This document shows positions 25,727 through 38,574 of a stretch of 64,000 nt of DNA, piece by piece. This DNA comes from Mobula hypostoma (taxonomy: Eukaryota): NCBI RefSeq assembly GCF_963921235.1, contig NC_086097.1, positions 195,178,001 through 195,242,000 of the forward strand. The letters run 5' to 3'. Each line of letters begins with the position of its first letter. The stretch's first letter is position 1. A program made the translations under genes and the position numbers. Under the pieces are notes generated by a model. That model searched no databases and had not been told where the DNA came from. It saw nothing but the letters and a program-made list of their open reading frames with translations.

Positions 25727-26851
25727 CTAGTCTTTGATGGTGTGCCAATCCAACTGGATTTTCCTGAGCCATTCACGTCCCAGCAACGGTGGTCCTCCAT
25801 TTTTCAGTACATAGAGGCTCAGCAGCTGTGTTTGGTCTCCGTAGGTCACTGTCACTTTAATTTTACCTTTGGGATGTATTTTCTGTCCTGTGTAAGTCTT
25901 TAGCAGTAGTTTAATTCATTTCAGAGGTATGTGAGAAAACAGTCATTAGTAGTTTTGTACAGAGATCACTGTTAAAGCAGAGCCTGCGTCCAACTCCATT
26001 TTTAGTCTCACGCCTGCCACTTGTGGAGTGATCCTTATTACTCTTCGATCATCTGTCTCTTTCACGCTGTGAAGTTGCAGACAAGACAATTCACTTTCGT
26101 CTGAGCCGTTTTCTTCAAAACTGCTTTCTTCCATTTTGTGTACATTGATGTGTTTTCCTCTCTGGGGTTTCTTTTTTTTCTCAGTATTTTGCCCTTTTTC
26201 TGCCAATGTGGCCCTGTTTGCCAGTTTCTGCATCCTTTGTTTTTAAACCAACAGTCATCAGGGTCATGTGACATGTTCCCACAACAGTAACATTTCTTTC
26301 CTTAATTTCTGTTCAGTGACATTTTATGCGTAGCATATTCCAGAGATTTTTGTTGTATCTCTGAAGCACCCCATGCTGCCGTTTCCCTTGATATTGCAAT
26401 GTTCAGCATTTACTCTAATGTAAGGTCTTTTTCAGCCAGGAGCTTCTTCTGTGTGGTTTCACAGTGCATGCCACACTCTAACCTGTCCCTCAATGCGTCT
26501 GATAGACCAGCTCTAAATTCTGATAATTTGCGCAATTCAACACAATATTCAGAAATGCTTTTATTTTTGCTCTGATTCCGTTTGTGAAATTTAACTCTTT
26601 CAGCAATGACCAATGGTCTGGGGTTTAAATGTTGTTGGAGAGTGTCTACTATTTGCTTGAATGTTTTGTCAGCTGGCTTTTCAGGGGTTAACAAGCTCCG
26701 TAGCTGCCCGTATGTTTTTGCTCCCATAGATGCTGGCTTTCCTTTCATCATTAACACTATTAGCCTCACAACATAACTCCACTCTCTCAATGTAAGTTGC
26801 CCAGTCTTCAATGCTACTATCAAATATTGTAATGGTTCCAATCATCGCCAT
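25727..26851 (-). pseudogene. Mag-type gag-protease, degenerate
   Basis: MAMIGTITIFDSSIEDWATYIERV, HLNPRPLVIAERVKFHKRNQ, LRDRLECG, knuckle CYCCGNMSHDPDDC, protease MELDAGSALTVIS...GGPPLLGREWLRKIQLDW. Confidence 0.88.
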
Positions 26852-27140
26852 CTTTGTTATGTTAATTTAGCCCTGTTAGCCATGTGTCACTCCTTTCTCT
26901 CTTCTGGGGCAGGCAGACTCTCAGCCCTGGGGGTCGGCGCCGGCTGTGGTCTCACTTGGACATGCTGCTGCTCCGACTGTGTCTCTTGGTCTCCCAACGT
27001 TCCCGAACCCGGCTGTGCTCCTGCTTCCTTTCGGACTTGCGGCCTCGATCTGCTTCCATCCCCCGCTCCTTGGCTCGTTCCTTGCATTCTTCCTTCGAAT
27101 ATCGTTATCAACTAAAACACGGCGTTCCGATAAGATGTAA

Positions 27141-27151
27141 CCTCGTTGCCA
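27141..27151 (-). promoter_or_regulatory. Primer binding site, probably tRNA-Ser(GCU)
   Basis: TGGCAACGAGG is 10/11 complementary to ...CCUCGUCGCCA, 3 nt from the LTR. Confidence 0.7.
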
Positions 27152-27154
27152 ATT

Positions 27155-27377
27155 TGTTGTGTATGCGGCCTGGTTACACAACAATGCTATTAATAAAAAT
27201 ATTGGAGACGGGAGCTAAGTTTCATGATTCTTTACTGGCAGAAACCGAACTCAGCACATACGTACAGATCAATACGCGCCTAATAGCGCATGTTCAATAT
27301 ACACCTAATAGCGCATTCAACAACGTGTTACTAAAACATAAAGTAGTCCCTTATTATACTGTAGGCTATACAGTACA
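27155..27377 (-). repeat. 5' LTR (223 bp)
   Basis: TG...CA termini; homologous to 19261-20213; carries an extra copy of CAATA....CCTAATAGCGCAT. Confidence 0.9.
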
Positions 27378-27399
27378 GTAACAAATAAAGAAATGGAAA

Positions 27400-28625
27400 T
27401 AAATGTTTCAATGAGTGTCGTATCACCATATACTACCCTGAGGTTCATTTTCTTGCAGTCATTTACAGCAGAACAAAGAAATATAAAGGAATCAGTTTAA
27501 AACCACACACAAACAACCATTGTGCAAAAGCAGACAAACAGTTTAAATACGAGAAAGAAACAAACTTGCTATGAAAGGGAGCATAAGCTACAGCAATGAG
27601 GACCCCTGCAGAATCTGGTGATACTGTGATCTCTGTCTCAGAGGCCGACGTCAGGCTGTCTTTCAAGAGGGTGAGTAATATAGCTGCGTAGAGCATATTA
27701 GGCTGAAATGGGCTGAGAAATGGCAGATGCAATTCAATGCAGACAAATGTGAGGAGTTGCACTTTGGTAGGACTAACCAGAGTAGGTCTTACACAGTGAA
27801 AGGTCGGGCACTGAAGAGTGTGGCAGAACAAAAGGATGTGGGAATACAGGTTCATAATTCATCGAGAGTGGTGTTACAGGTATATGGTCTTAAAGAAAGC
27901 TTTTAGCACAATGGCCTTCATAAATCAATGTATTAAGTACAGGAGGTGGGGTGTTATGTTGAAGTTGTATAAGATGTTGTTAAGGACTAACTTGGAGTGT
28001 TGTGTGTAATTTTGGTCACCTACCTATAGGAAAGATGTAAAAAAAGATTGAAAGAGTACAGAGAAAATTTATAAGGATGTTATCAGGTCTGGAGGATCTG
28101 AGTTATAAGGAAAGATTGAATAGGTTAGGACTTTATTTGTTAGAACAGAATATTCAGAGGAGGTTTGATAGAAGTATACAAAACTATGAGGGGTATAGAT
28201 AGGATAAATGCAAGCAGGCTCTTTCCATCAAGATTGGGTGGGACTACAACTTGAGGTCATGGGCTTAGTTTTTATGCTGCAGTACCATTTCCCAGATGGT
28301 TTGGCCTAATCTCAAATAAAAATGAGGCAGCCTACAGAGAAGAAGTCATCACCCTGACACAGTGGTGTCAAGAAAACAACCTCTCCTTCAATGTTGCAAA
28401 AACAAAGGAGCTGGTTGTGGACTACAGGAGGAATGGAGACAGGCTAGCCCCTATTGACATCAATGGTCCTGGGGTTGAGAGGGTGAACAGCTTTAAGTTC
28501 CTCAGCATAAACATCACTTCGGATCTCATGTGGTCTGTACATACCAGCTATGTGGTGTAAAAGGCACAACAGTGCATCTTTCACCTCAGATGGTTGAAAA
28601 AGTTTGGTGTGGGCCTTCAAATCCT
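27400..28625. mobile_element. Mosaic of Rex1/Babar and CR1 fragments
   Basis: Rex1 tail (~27410), Rex1 linker (~27570-27690), CR1 RT C-terminus (~27700-28265, plus), Rex1 KTKELVVDYRR (~28300-28625, plus). Confidence 0.65.
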
Positions 28626-31600
28626 TCCATAGATTCATGCTCTTTCTGAAGAAATTCCTCCTCATCTCTGTTCTAAAGGAATGCCCCTCTTTTCTAAGGC
28701 TGTGCTCTCTGGTCCTAGACTTTGTCACCATAGGAAACATTCTTTCCATGTCCACTCTATGCAGGATTTTTGATATTTGATAATTGTCAGTGAGATCCAT
28801 TCCCATTCTTCTAAAATCCAGTGAGTACAAGCCCAGACCACAAAATATCCTTGTGTGTTAACCCTTTCATTCCTGGAATCATTTTTGTGAGCCGCCTCTA
28901 GACCCTCTCCAATGTCAACTTGATCATGGACAAGGATAGATCTGGTCATAGGGTTGAGGTTCTTAACTGGAAGAAGGCCAAATTTGAAGAAATGAGAAAG
29001 GATCTAAAAAGCGTGGATTGGGACAGTTTGTTCTCTGGCAAGGACGTGATCGGCAGGTGGGAAGCCTTCAAAGGAGAAATTTTGAGAGTGCAGAGTTTGT
29101 ATGTTCCTGTCAGGATTAAAGGCAAAGTGAATAGGAATAAGGAACCTTGGTTCACAAGGGATATTGCAACTCTGATAAAGAAGAAGAGGGAGTTGTATGA
29201 CATGTATAGGAAGCAGGGAGTAAATAAGGTGCTTGAGGAGTATAAGAAGTGCAAGAAAATACTTAAGAAAGAAATCAGGAGGGCGTAAAGAAGACATGAG
29301 GTTGCCTTGGCAGTCAAAGTGAAGGATAATCCAAAGAGCTTTTACAGGTATATTAAGAACAAAAGGATTGTAAGGGTTAAAATTGGTCCTCTTGAAGATC
29401 AGAGTGGTTGGCTATGTGCGGAACCAAAGGAAATGGGGGAGACCTTAAATAGGTTTTTTGCATCTGTATTTACTAAGGAAACTGGCATGAAATCTATGGA
29501 ATTAAGGGAAACAAGTAGTGAGATCATGGAAACTGTACAGATCAAAAAGGAGGAGGTCCTTGCTGTCTTGAGGAAAATTAAAGTGGATAAATCCCCGGGA
29601 CCTGACAGGGTGTTCCCTCGGACCTTGAAGGAGACTAGTGTTGAAATTGCAGGGGCCCTGGCAGAAATATTTAAAATGTCGCTGTCTACAGGTGAGGTGC
29701 TGGAGGATTGGAGAGTGGCTCATGTTGTTCCGTTGTTTGAAAAAGGATCGAAAAGTAATCTGGGAAATTATAGGCCGGTAAGTTTAACGTCGGTAGTAGG
29801 TAAGTTATTGGAGGGAGTACTAAGAGACAGAATCTACAAGCATTTGGATAGACTGGGACTTATTAGGGAGAGTCAACATGGCTTTGTGCATGGTAGGTCA
29901 TGTTTGACCAATCTATTGGAGTTTTTCAAGGAGGTTACCAGGAAAGTGGATGAAGGGAAGGCAGTGGATATTGTCTACATGGACTTCAGTAAGGCCTTTG
30001 ACAAAGTCCCGCATGGGGGGTTAGTTAGAAAAATTCAGTCTCTAGGTATACATGGAGAGGTGGTAAATTGGATTAGACATTGGCTCAATGGAAGAAGCCA
30101 AGAGTGGTAGTAGAGAATTGTTTCTCTGAGTGGAGGCCTGTGACTAGTGGTGTGACACAGGGATCAGTGCTGGGTCCATTGTTATTTGTCATCTATATCA
30201 ATGATCTGGATGATAATGTGGTAAATTGGATCAGCAAATTTGCTGATGATACAAAGATTGGAGGTGTATTAGACAGTGAGGAATGTTTTCAGGGCCTGCA
30301 GAGGGACTTGGACCAGCTGGAAAAATGGGCTGAAAAATGGCAGATGGAGTTTAATACTGACAAGTGTGAGGTATTGCATGTTGGAAGGACAAACCGAGGT
30401 AGAACATACAGGGTTAATGGTAAGGCACTGAGGAGTGCAGTGGAACAGAGGGATCTGGGAATACAGATACAAAATTCCCTAAAAGTAGCGTCACAGGTAG
30501 ATAAGGTCATAAAGAGAGCTTTGTGTACATTGGCCTTTATTAATCAAAGTATTGAGTATAAGAGCTGGAATGTTATGATGTGGTTGTACAAGGCATTGGT
30601 GAGGCCGAATCTGGAGTATTGTGTTCAGTTTTGGTCACCAAATTACAAGAAGGATATAAATAAGGTTGAAAGAGTGCAGAGAAGGTTTACAAGGATGTTG
30701 CCGGGACTTGAGAAACTCAGTTACAGAGAAAGGTTGAATAGGTTGGAACTTTATTCCCTGGAGTGTAGAAGAATGAGGGGAGATTTGATAGAGGTATATA
30801 AAATTATGATGGGTATAGATAGAGTGAATGCAAGTAGGCTTTTTCCACTGAGGCAAGGGGAGAAAAAAACCAGAGGACATGGGTTAAGGGTGAGGGGGGA
30901 AAAGTTTAAAGGGAACATTAGGGGGGGGCTTCTTCACACATAGAGTGGTGGGAGTATGGAATGAGCTGCCAGACGAGGTGGTAAATGCGGGTTCTTTTTT
31001 AACATTTAAGAATAAATTGGACAGATACATGGATGGGAGGTGTATGGAGGGATATGGTCCGTGTGCAGGTCAGTGGGACTAGGCAAAAAATGGTTCGGCA
31101 CAGCCAAGAAGGCCCAAAAGGCCTGCTTCTGTGCTGTACTTTCTATGGTTTCTATGGTCAGCACATCTTTTTTTAGATAAGGGGCCTAAAATTGCTCACA
31201 ATACTTCAAGTGTGTTCTGATCAATGCTAAAACATCTGCATTACATCCTTGCTTTTATTTTCTAGTTTTCTCAAAATGAATACTAACATTGCATTTGCCT
31301 TACTTACCACTGGCTCAACCAGCAAGTAAACCCTTGGGGATTCCAGCGCAAGAACTACCAAGTGCTTTTGCACCTCTGATTTCTGAGTATTCTTCCCATT
31401 TAGAAAATAGTCTATGCCTTTATTCCTTCTACCAAAGAGAATGACCATATACTTCCCAACACTATATTCTATTGGCCTCATCTTTGCCCATTCACCTAAT
31501 TTGTCTAATTCCTTCTGCAGAATCCCTGCTTCCTCAACACCAGCTGCCCCTCTTCCTATCTTTGTTATCCACAAACCTGGCCACAAAACTATTAATTCTG

Positions 31601-32620
31601 TGATCCAAGTCATTGATTATATAATGTGAAAAGAAGCCATGACAATACCGACCCCAGCAGAACACCACTAGATACCAGCAGCCAACCTGAAAAGGCCCCT
31701 TTTATTCCCACTCTACCTCCTGCCAGTCAGCCACTCTTCAATCCATGTTAGTATCTTTCTTGTAATACCATAGGCCCTAATCTTGTTTAGCAGCCTCTTG
31801 TGTGGCACCTTGTGAAATGCCTTCTGAAAATTAAAATATATAGCATCCACCAACACTTCTTTTGTCTACTTTGCTTGTACTTACCTCAAAGAATTCAGAC
31901 AGATTTTCAAGCAAGATTTCCCCTTAAGGAAAGCAGGCTGTCTTTGGCCTGCTTTGTGTACCTCCAATTCCCTGAATCCTCATCCTTAATATTAGACTTC
32001 AACATCTTCCCAACTACTGAAGTCAAGGTAACTTTTTTCTATCTCCTACCCTTCTTAAAGACTGGAGGGATATTTGCAATTTTCCAGTTCTCTGGAACTT
32101 TTCTAGAATGTAGTGTTTCTTGAAAGATCATTACAAGTGCTTCCACAATCTCTTGATCTATCTCCTTCAGAACTCTTGGGTCCAGGTGACTTACCTATCT
32201 TCAAACTTTCAGCTTCCTAATCCTCTAACTTCTTACAATTTCTGCTATATTTTATGTCCTCTCTTTTGTTTTTATGTTGTCTTGACTTTGCTTGTCATCC
32301 ATGGTTGCCTCATCCTTCTATCAGAATACTTCTTCTTTGGGAAGTATCTATCCTGCACCTTCTGAATTGCTCCCAGAAACTGCAGACATTGTTGTCATTC
32401 TGTTATCCCCTCTAGTGTTTCCTTCAAATCAACTTCGGCCTGCTCCTCACTCATGCCGCTGTAATTCCATATATTCCAATGCAATACTGATACGTCTGAT
32501 TTGAGCTCATCACTTTCTAACTACATCTGAATTCTATCATATTATAATCACTGTCTCTTATGTGTTCCTTGTACCTATGTTCCCTAATCAAATCTGATTC
32601 ATTACACAACACCCAGTTGC
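28626..32620 (-). mobile_element. Old CR1 LINE interrupted by a younger CR1
   Basis: ORFs 28444..28830 and 31227..31613 plus degenerate RT/endonuclease to ~32620; continuity AATGTCA|GCACATC across the insertion. Confidence 0.75.
28918..31156 (+). mobile_element. Young CR1 LINE, 5'-truncated
   Basis: Near-continuous ORF2 (28920..29288, 29307..30110, 30080..30943) with KSPGPD, DFSKAFD, KFADD; (TTCTATGG) tail; GTCA on both flanks. Confidence 0.92.
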
Positions 32621-33944
32621 CTTTTTCCTAAAAATGACTTCTCAAATCCGTGTAAACTTCTACATAAGTAGAGATGCTGCTGTCCCCTCTTTGCAGTGGC
32701 ACTTATGTGCTGGACAGGTCCTTTCACCAAGGAATTTAAACCTACTGACCCCCTCCATCTCTGATCCCTAATGAGGACGGGACTTAAGTTTATTGCAATG
32801 CTTATGCTAAATTCTCTGCACATTTCGATATACAGTAGAAACCTATTTGATTCTATCAATCTTCTTTGTATATATTCTTCTTGTGTGGATGCTGTTTCTA
32901 ACACATTTTTCCCAACCCCAATTCCCTGAGAAGATGCTTCGATACCTTTGAGTTGTTGGACCAAATCAGAGACCAGTTGAGTCACTGCCTGATGTTTATT
33001 ACATACTCTGGAATAATTAAGGTGTTCAATTCTGTTTTATTTTGAAACCTAATGGTGACAACTATTGAAATTAATCCTCTTTGGAATTAAGTAGTTTAAG
33101 GCAGAAATTATGGGAGAAAATTGCATTAACATGCAAATTAACATTCAGCTGTCTGGAGGATCATTTTCAAATTCACGAGCTGTTCTCTAGAATAAATTAT
33201 TGAATCAACACCTTATGAAGACGGAAAGGTGCAGCCTTATTTACAAATGTTGCTTCATTAATATTTGAGCTCTTGAGGAGCACTGGCTGTCAGACATTGC
33301 ATGCTACTTATTGGCTCCAGTTTGTGAGATGACTGATTTAATTTGTCTGTGTTAATTGAACTGATAAATATTAGAACATCAAAGATGTTAAGAAACTCTC
33401 TTCCTCAAAGAATCTTAATATCTTCATGCATACTAAATTATTTGTACAAAAAAGATTGAAAGTTTCTGTAATACTTATACTAGGAACTGTCAGTTAGGAG
33501 CAGTTTGTGAAGTTGTTATGTCACTTTACATTGTTTAAATTTATTGGATACAAATTATATGAAGACATCTGGTGGAAATTAGGCAATTTTCTCTTCTGAT
33601 CCAATATGTGAGGTCAATTTCTAAATATGGTTTTGTTTATATATTATTCATTCACCTACTCATGTCAATAAAAGAAAAATTATGACATACTATGAACAGA
33701 CACTTTAAAACTCATTTCTAAAAGTGGTCGCATTGAAGGAGATGCAGTAGAACAATGTATAAGCTACAACAGACAGCATAATTAATGATATTCAATTCAA
33801 TAATGATCCATACCATTCTTATGAATGTGTTTAAACATTTGAATTTCATGTACATATAATCTCTTAGTGGAAATGTAGTGGAGAGTATCTGCCTAGAAAT
33901 CTCGCCCTAATAGCAGATAATAACCACACAAGCGCTATCTTCTT

Positions 33945-34200
33945 GGGATGTTAGTTTAGGGTTAAGGATTTGTGTGGAGTCTGCACATTCTCCCTGTGAA
34001 CAATTGGGTTCTCTCTGAATGCTCTGCTTCCTTCCCACATCCAAAAACATGTAGATTAGTCATGACAAATTGCCCCTACAGTGTGGGAAATTGGTAGAAC
34101 TAGGGGACAAATTGATGGTGACATGGGGAGAATAGTTTACATCAAATGTGGTGAATAAGCAGGATTACTCTGTGAAACAGCACAGGCTGAAATGACAGAA
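33945..34200 (+). mobile_element. Degenerate V-SINE-like element
   Basis: TGTGTGGAGTCTGCACATTCTCCCTGTG...GCTCTGCTTCCTTCCCACATCCAAAA core. Confidence 0.55.
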
Positions 34201-35214
34201 TAGTTTCCCTTTAAAGAAATGTAAGAGTGGGGAAAATAGGAAAGACAAGATAGGAGAAGCACCACAAGAAAGTGGCAGATCAGATCAGAATCTTGAAAAT
34301 TTACCGACATTCAAGACAGACTTGGATAAAAATGATTTTAGGGACTTGAGCAGAATTAGAATCTGTTTTCATCCATAAACCAGGATAGGGAATTTCTATT
34401 TGTGGAACTAATAGAGCAGCAAGTCATTTATTAGTTTCCTACTAGAATCATTTTTGTGACATAACCAGGCAACACAGTCATTCTGATCTATTCACACTGT
34501 CCTGCAATCAAGAATAGATCAATTCTATGTACGTTAACTTGAAGTGCAAAAATCTGCTCACTGGTCTCCAACTGCAGGTGAGCTATCCACTGATTGTTTA
34601 CAAAAAGGGACAAGATGTCCTCTTCTATTGCTAGCAACATAAATTTAGACCAGGCCATTCATGTTATGGTTGATGTTGAATGAGCTCCAATTCAGAAGTT
34701 CTGCTCAGCAACAACATGACACCCATAGAGTAGTTAAAGATAGTGAAATGGTTCTGGAGCACTGCAGTAGAGAAGGTAGCACTAATTCCTCCTTACCTTC
34801 AAAATATCCCACATTTGCATGCCTTACTCAGTTTTCACTATCCTGCAAATAATTCTACTAAGTAAATACCTACAGAAAGAAAAAGAAATGGTCTTATAGC
34901 AGAGAGATAAAGGGAGACTCTGCAGACAGTGAACTATTTCAAACTGACCCAAAGCACAAGTTCCAGGCTAACGTGAACTATAGTAAAGCCATGCCTGGCT
35001 ACCAATTTTCCTGTTTGGAACAGGCAAATACTCCACCTGCAAGGAAGGGCGCAATGTAAGATTTACAAATAGTGTATTTCAGCAGATTTATAGACCTTGA
35101 TGGACATTCTTTGATCTTGGAGATATATCTCATCAAAGCTTAATCACACTATTTGTATTTGTAAAGATAATCATAGAACTTAATTTTTAAACCACTGTAA
35201 GATTGTAGCAACCT

Positions 35215-35607
35215 TACAGGGAGAGAATGAGGGGGGATCTCATAGAAACATTCTGAATGTTAAAAGGCCTGAACAGATTAGATACACATGGTAGGAGAGT
35301 TTAGGACAAGATGGCACAACTTCAGGATTGAAGGAGGTCCATTTAGAACTGAGGTGTGGAGACATTACTTTAGTTAGAGGGTGGCAAATCTGTGGAATTT
35401 GTTGAAAAAAGTGGCTATGGAGGCCAAGTCATTGGGTGCATTTAAGGCAAGGATAGATAACTCTTGATTAGCCAGGGCTTCAAAGGGTATGAGGAGGAGG
35501 CAGGGGAGTGGGGATGACTGGAAGAATTGGATCAGCCCATGATTGAATGGTGGAGCAGACTCGATGGCCTGCTTCTGCTCCTATGGTCTAATGGTCTAAT
35601 GGTCTTA
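35215..35607 (+). mobile_element. CR1 LINE 3' fragment
   Basis: RMRGDLIET..; (ATGGTCTA)n tail. Confidence 0.8.
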
Positions 35608-36019
35608 ACCGTAAAAGATTCTGAATATATGTGCCAGTTGACGGTGTGATATATACCTACCAGGTCATAGAGGTCTTGAATATGGGAACAAACTATGCTC
35701 TCCATTAATCACAGAATACAATAGACACCTCCTCCAGCTGTTGTCACAAAGAAATTATTGGAAGTAGAAACATAACACCAGACAACAAAGATTTAGCTTC
35801 CTGAATACTTTTGGGTAGATCTTATGGATTTTGGGCTGTCAATCATGAAAATCACCATGAAATCACATTCTTTTGAAATTGCCTATATTTACTTTTTCAA
35901 TTCATATTTCAAATCATTTAAAATGTTGCCCACAATGTTAACTGATTGGACATGGTTAGGTAGGGCAGATGCAGCATGGCAGGATAGGTTTTAGAAAAGC
36001 TGTGAGCTTCCATGAAGAA

Positions 36020-36130
36020 CTTTGATAATTGAGACAGATGTTTTCCAGAATAACTGATGCCGAGATTAAAGAAGGCATTTTTGTTGGTCCACAAATCAAA
36101 CAGGTCATCAATGCAAGGCAATTCGAAGAA
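36020..36130 (+). mobile_element. DNA transposon transposase fragment (possibly TcMar-m44-like)
   Basis: LRQMFSRITDAEIKEGIFVGPQIKQVIN; motif recalled from transposases, family uncertain. Confidence 0.5.
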
Positions 36131-36134
36131 GTTC

Positions 36135-37830
36135 AAATTTCAAACTAAAAATTATTATCAGAGTACATAAATGTCACCACATACAACCCTGAGATTCTGT
36201 TTCTGTGAGTATATTCAGCAAATCTATAGAACAGTAACCGTAAACCGTAAACACCAGGAACTGTTAACTATAAAGAAACTGTGCCTATGCAGATATAAAT
36301 AAATAACAATAAATATCAAGCATAAAATAAAAATATAACTGTCCTTAAATTACATTAGTTTCAACTTTATTGTCATTGTGCTGAGTCCAGATACAAAGCC
36401 AATGAAATGCAGTTAGCATCTAACCAGAAATGCAAAGAATAGTGTTATTTACAAAATAACTGTGAATAAAAAATAAGTGCTACAGCACACAAATATAAAA
36501 GCACTGAGACAGTACAATATGGGTGCAATACTGCTTACCGCTGAGCTGTGAGGTTCAGCAGGGTCACAGCCTCAGGGAAGAAGCTCTTCCTGTGTCTGCT
36601 GGAGCGGGAGCAGAGGCTCCTGTAGCACCTACCGGATGGGAGGAGAGTAAAAAGTCCATGATTAGGGTGAGATGCATCCTTGATAATGCCTTTCGACCTG
36701 CCCAGGCAGCGTTTATGGTAGATGTTCTCAATGGTGGGCAATTGGGTGTCAATAATCCACTGGGCAGTTTTCACCACACACTGGAGTGCTTTGCAGTCCA
36801 ATACGGGACAATTGCTATATCACACTGAGACGCAGTTGGTGAGTATGCTTTCAATGGTACAGCGGTAAAAGTCCGTCAGTATCCTGGGACAGAGGTGAGC
36901 TTTCTTGATACTCCGCAGGAAATTAGTGTAGTTATCCTTTTTTGTTCAAGAACCTGATGGTTGAGGGGTAGTAACTGCTCTTGAACCTGGTGGTGCGAGT
37001 CCTGAGTTACCTGTATCTCCCACCTAATGGCAGCAGCAAGAAAGAGCATGGCCTAGGTGGTGAGAATCTTTGATGATGGATTCTGCTTTACTATGGCAAC
37101 GTTTCACGTAGATATGCTCAATAGTTGGGAGGGTTTTACCCATGATGTACTAGGCCAAATCTACCACCTTTTGTAGAATTTCCCATTCAAAGGCATTGGT
37201 GCTCCCTTACCATGCCATAATGCAGCCAGTCAGCACACTTTCCAACACACATCTATAGAAGTTTGCCCAGGTTTTTAATGACATGCTGAACCTCTGTAGG
37301 CTCCTGAGGAAGTAGAGGCACTGTTGTGCTTTCTTCACAATTATATTTATATGATGTGTCCAGGACAGTTCCTCTGAGATGGTGACACCCAGAAATTTAA
37401 AGTTATTCACCCTCTCCACCTCTGATCCTCCAATGATTACTGGCTCATGGACCTCTGGTTTCCCTCTCCTGAAATCTACAATCAGTTCCTTGGTCTTATT
37501 GACATTGAGTATGAGGTTGTTGTTATTACGTCACTCAGCCACGTTTTCATTCTCCCTCCTGTATGCTGATTCATCACCCTCTTTGATACAGCCCACAACA
37601 GTGGTGTCGTCAGCAAATTTTATATGGTGTTGGAGCTGTACTTACCACACAGTCATAGATGCAAAGCGAGCAGAGTAGGGGTTAACTACACATCCTTACA
37701 GTGCTCCTGTGCTAATGAAGATTATGGAGGAGGAGATTTTGCCAGTCCAAACTAACTGGGCTCTACAAGTGAGGAAATACAGGATCCAACTGCACCAGGG
37801 GGCATTGAAGCCTAGGTCTTGGAGTTTACT
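36135..37830 (-). mobile_element. Nested Rex1/Babar LINE fragments
   Basis: IIKDASHPNHGLFTLLPSGRCYRS (36535..36801) inserted in a second copy with FKFLGVTISEELSW and KFADD. Confidence 0.8.
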
Positions 37831-38574
37831 GATTTCTTGTTTCTCCAAGTTCCTACGTGATACAAGCGGTCTGAAGTTATATTTATATTCAGCTTCAAGC
37901 AGTCTATCATAAATTTAAAAAAATCAAAAGAAGCAACACTTTTGAAAAAAATTGTTGTCCAGTGCAGTTTCTCCATGTGGAACAGATGGAACAGTAAGCC
38001 ATTAATGAATTTCACACCTAAGCCATTTTTGTGACACAATCAAGGAATATTTATTCAGCCTGATTTATTTACACTATACTGTAATAAGGGCCAGATCAGT
38101 TCTATAGATGTTAACTTCAAATGCAGCATCCTGCCTGCATGTCTTTAGCTGCTGGTGTTCCACTGAAGGCTCATAAAAGGGTTAGCTTGGTCCTTACTAT
38201 TGCAAGAGGCCGAAAATGAATTTGAAAAATATAACTCCATTTCCTGTCCTACCAGGATGTGATAAAAGATCTGGATGACATGTTTTCAATATTGTTCAAA
38301 ACTGTGTCAAACTAGTAAGGAAGAGTCTCTTCTATACATATTACCATGGCACAGAAGCCACAAGTGCACTACTTGATGGCTGCAACTGATTGTATTGATT
38401 TAGACCTAAAGGCATTATCAGAGAATCGTTACTGGTTTCTACCATTCCTTTGCTCAACAAAAGTCAGGTAGTGACTACTTTCTGATTATTTGAGTTAATC
38501 AATTATCAGCTAAGAAGATACATATCAAGCAGTTCAGTCAATTGGAACATGCATCCATGTACCACGCAGGAGGT

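Larger units (their letters stand above)
19261..27377 (-). mobile_element. Mag-type Ty3/Gypsy provirus, non-autonomous, carrying SUDS3 and RNF213 cDNA cargo
   Basis: Paired LTRs, TSD GTAAC (19256-19260 and 27378-27382), PBS 27141-27151, PPT 20214-20231, gag plus protease, no RT/RNase H/integrase. Confidence 0.92.

Noticed and set aside
25573..25800. 75-aa ORF as a novel acidic protein
   Set aside because: Chimera of out-of-frame protease sequence, SUDS3 5' UTR and SUDS3 N-terminus ending at a nonsense mutation
38256..38315. Plus-strand mini-exon candidate (DVIKDLDDMFSILFKTVSN)
   Set aside because: No compatible neighbouring exons or recognisable homology
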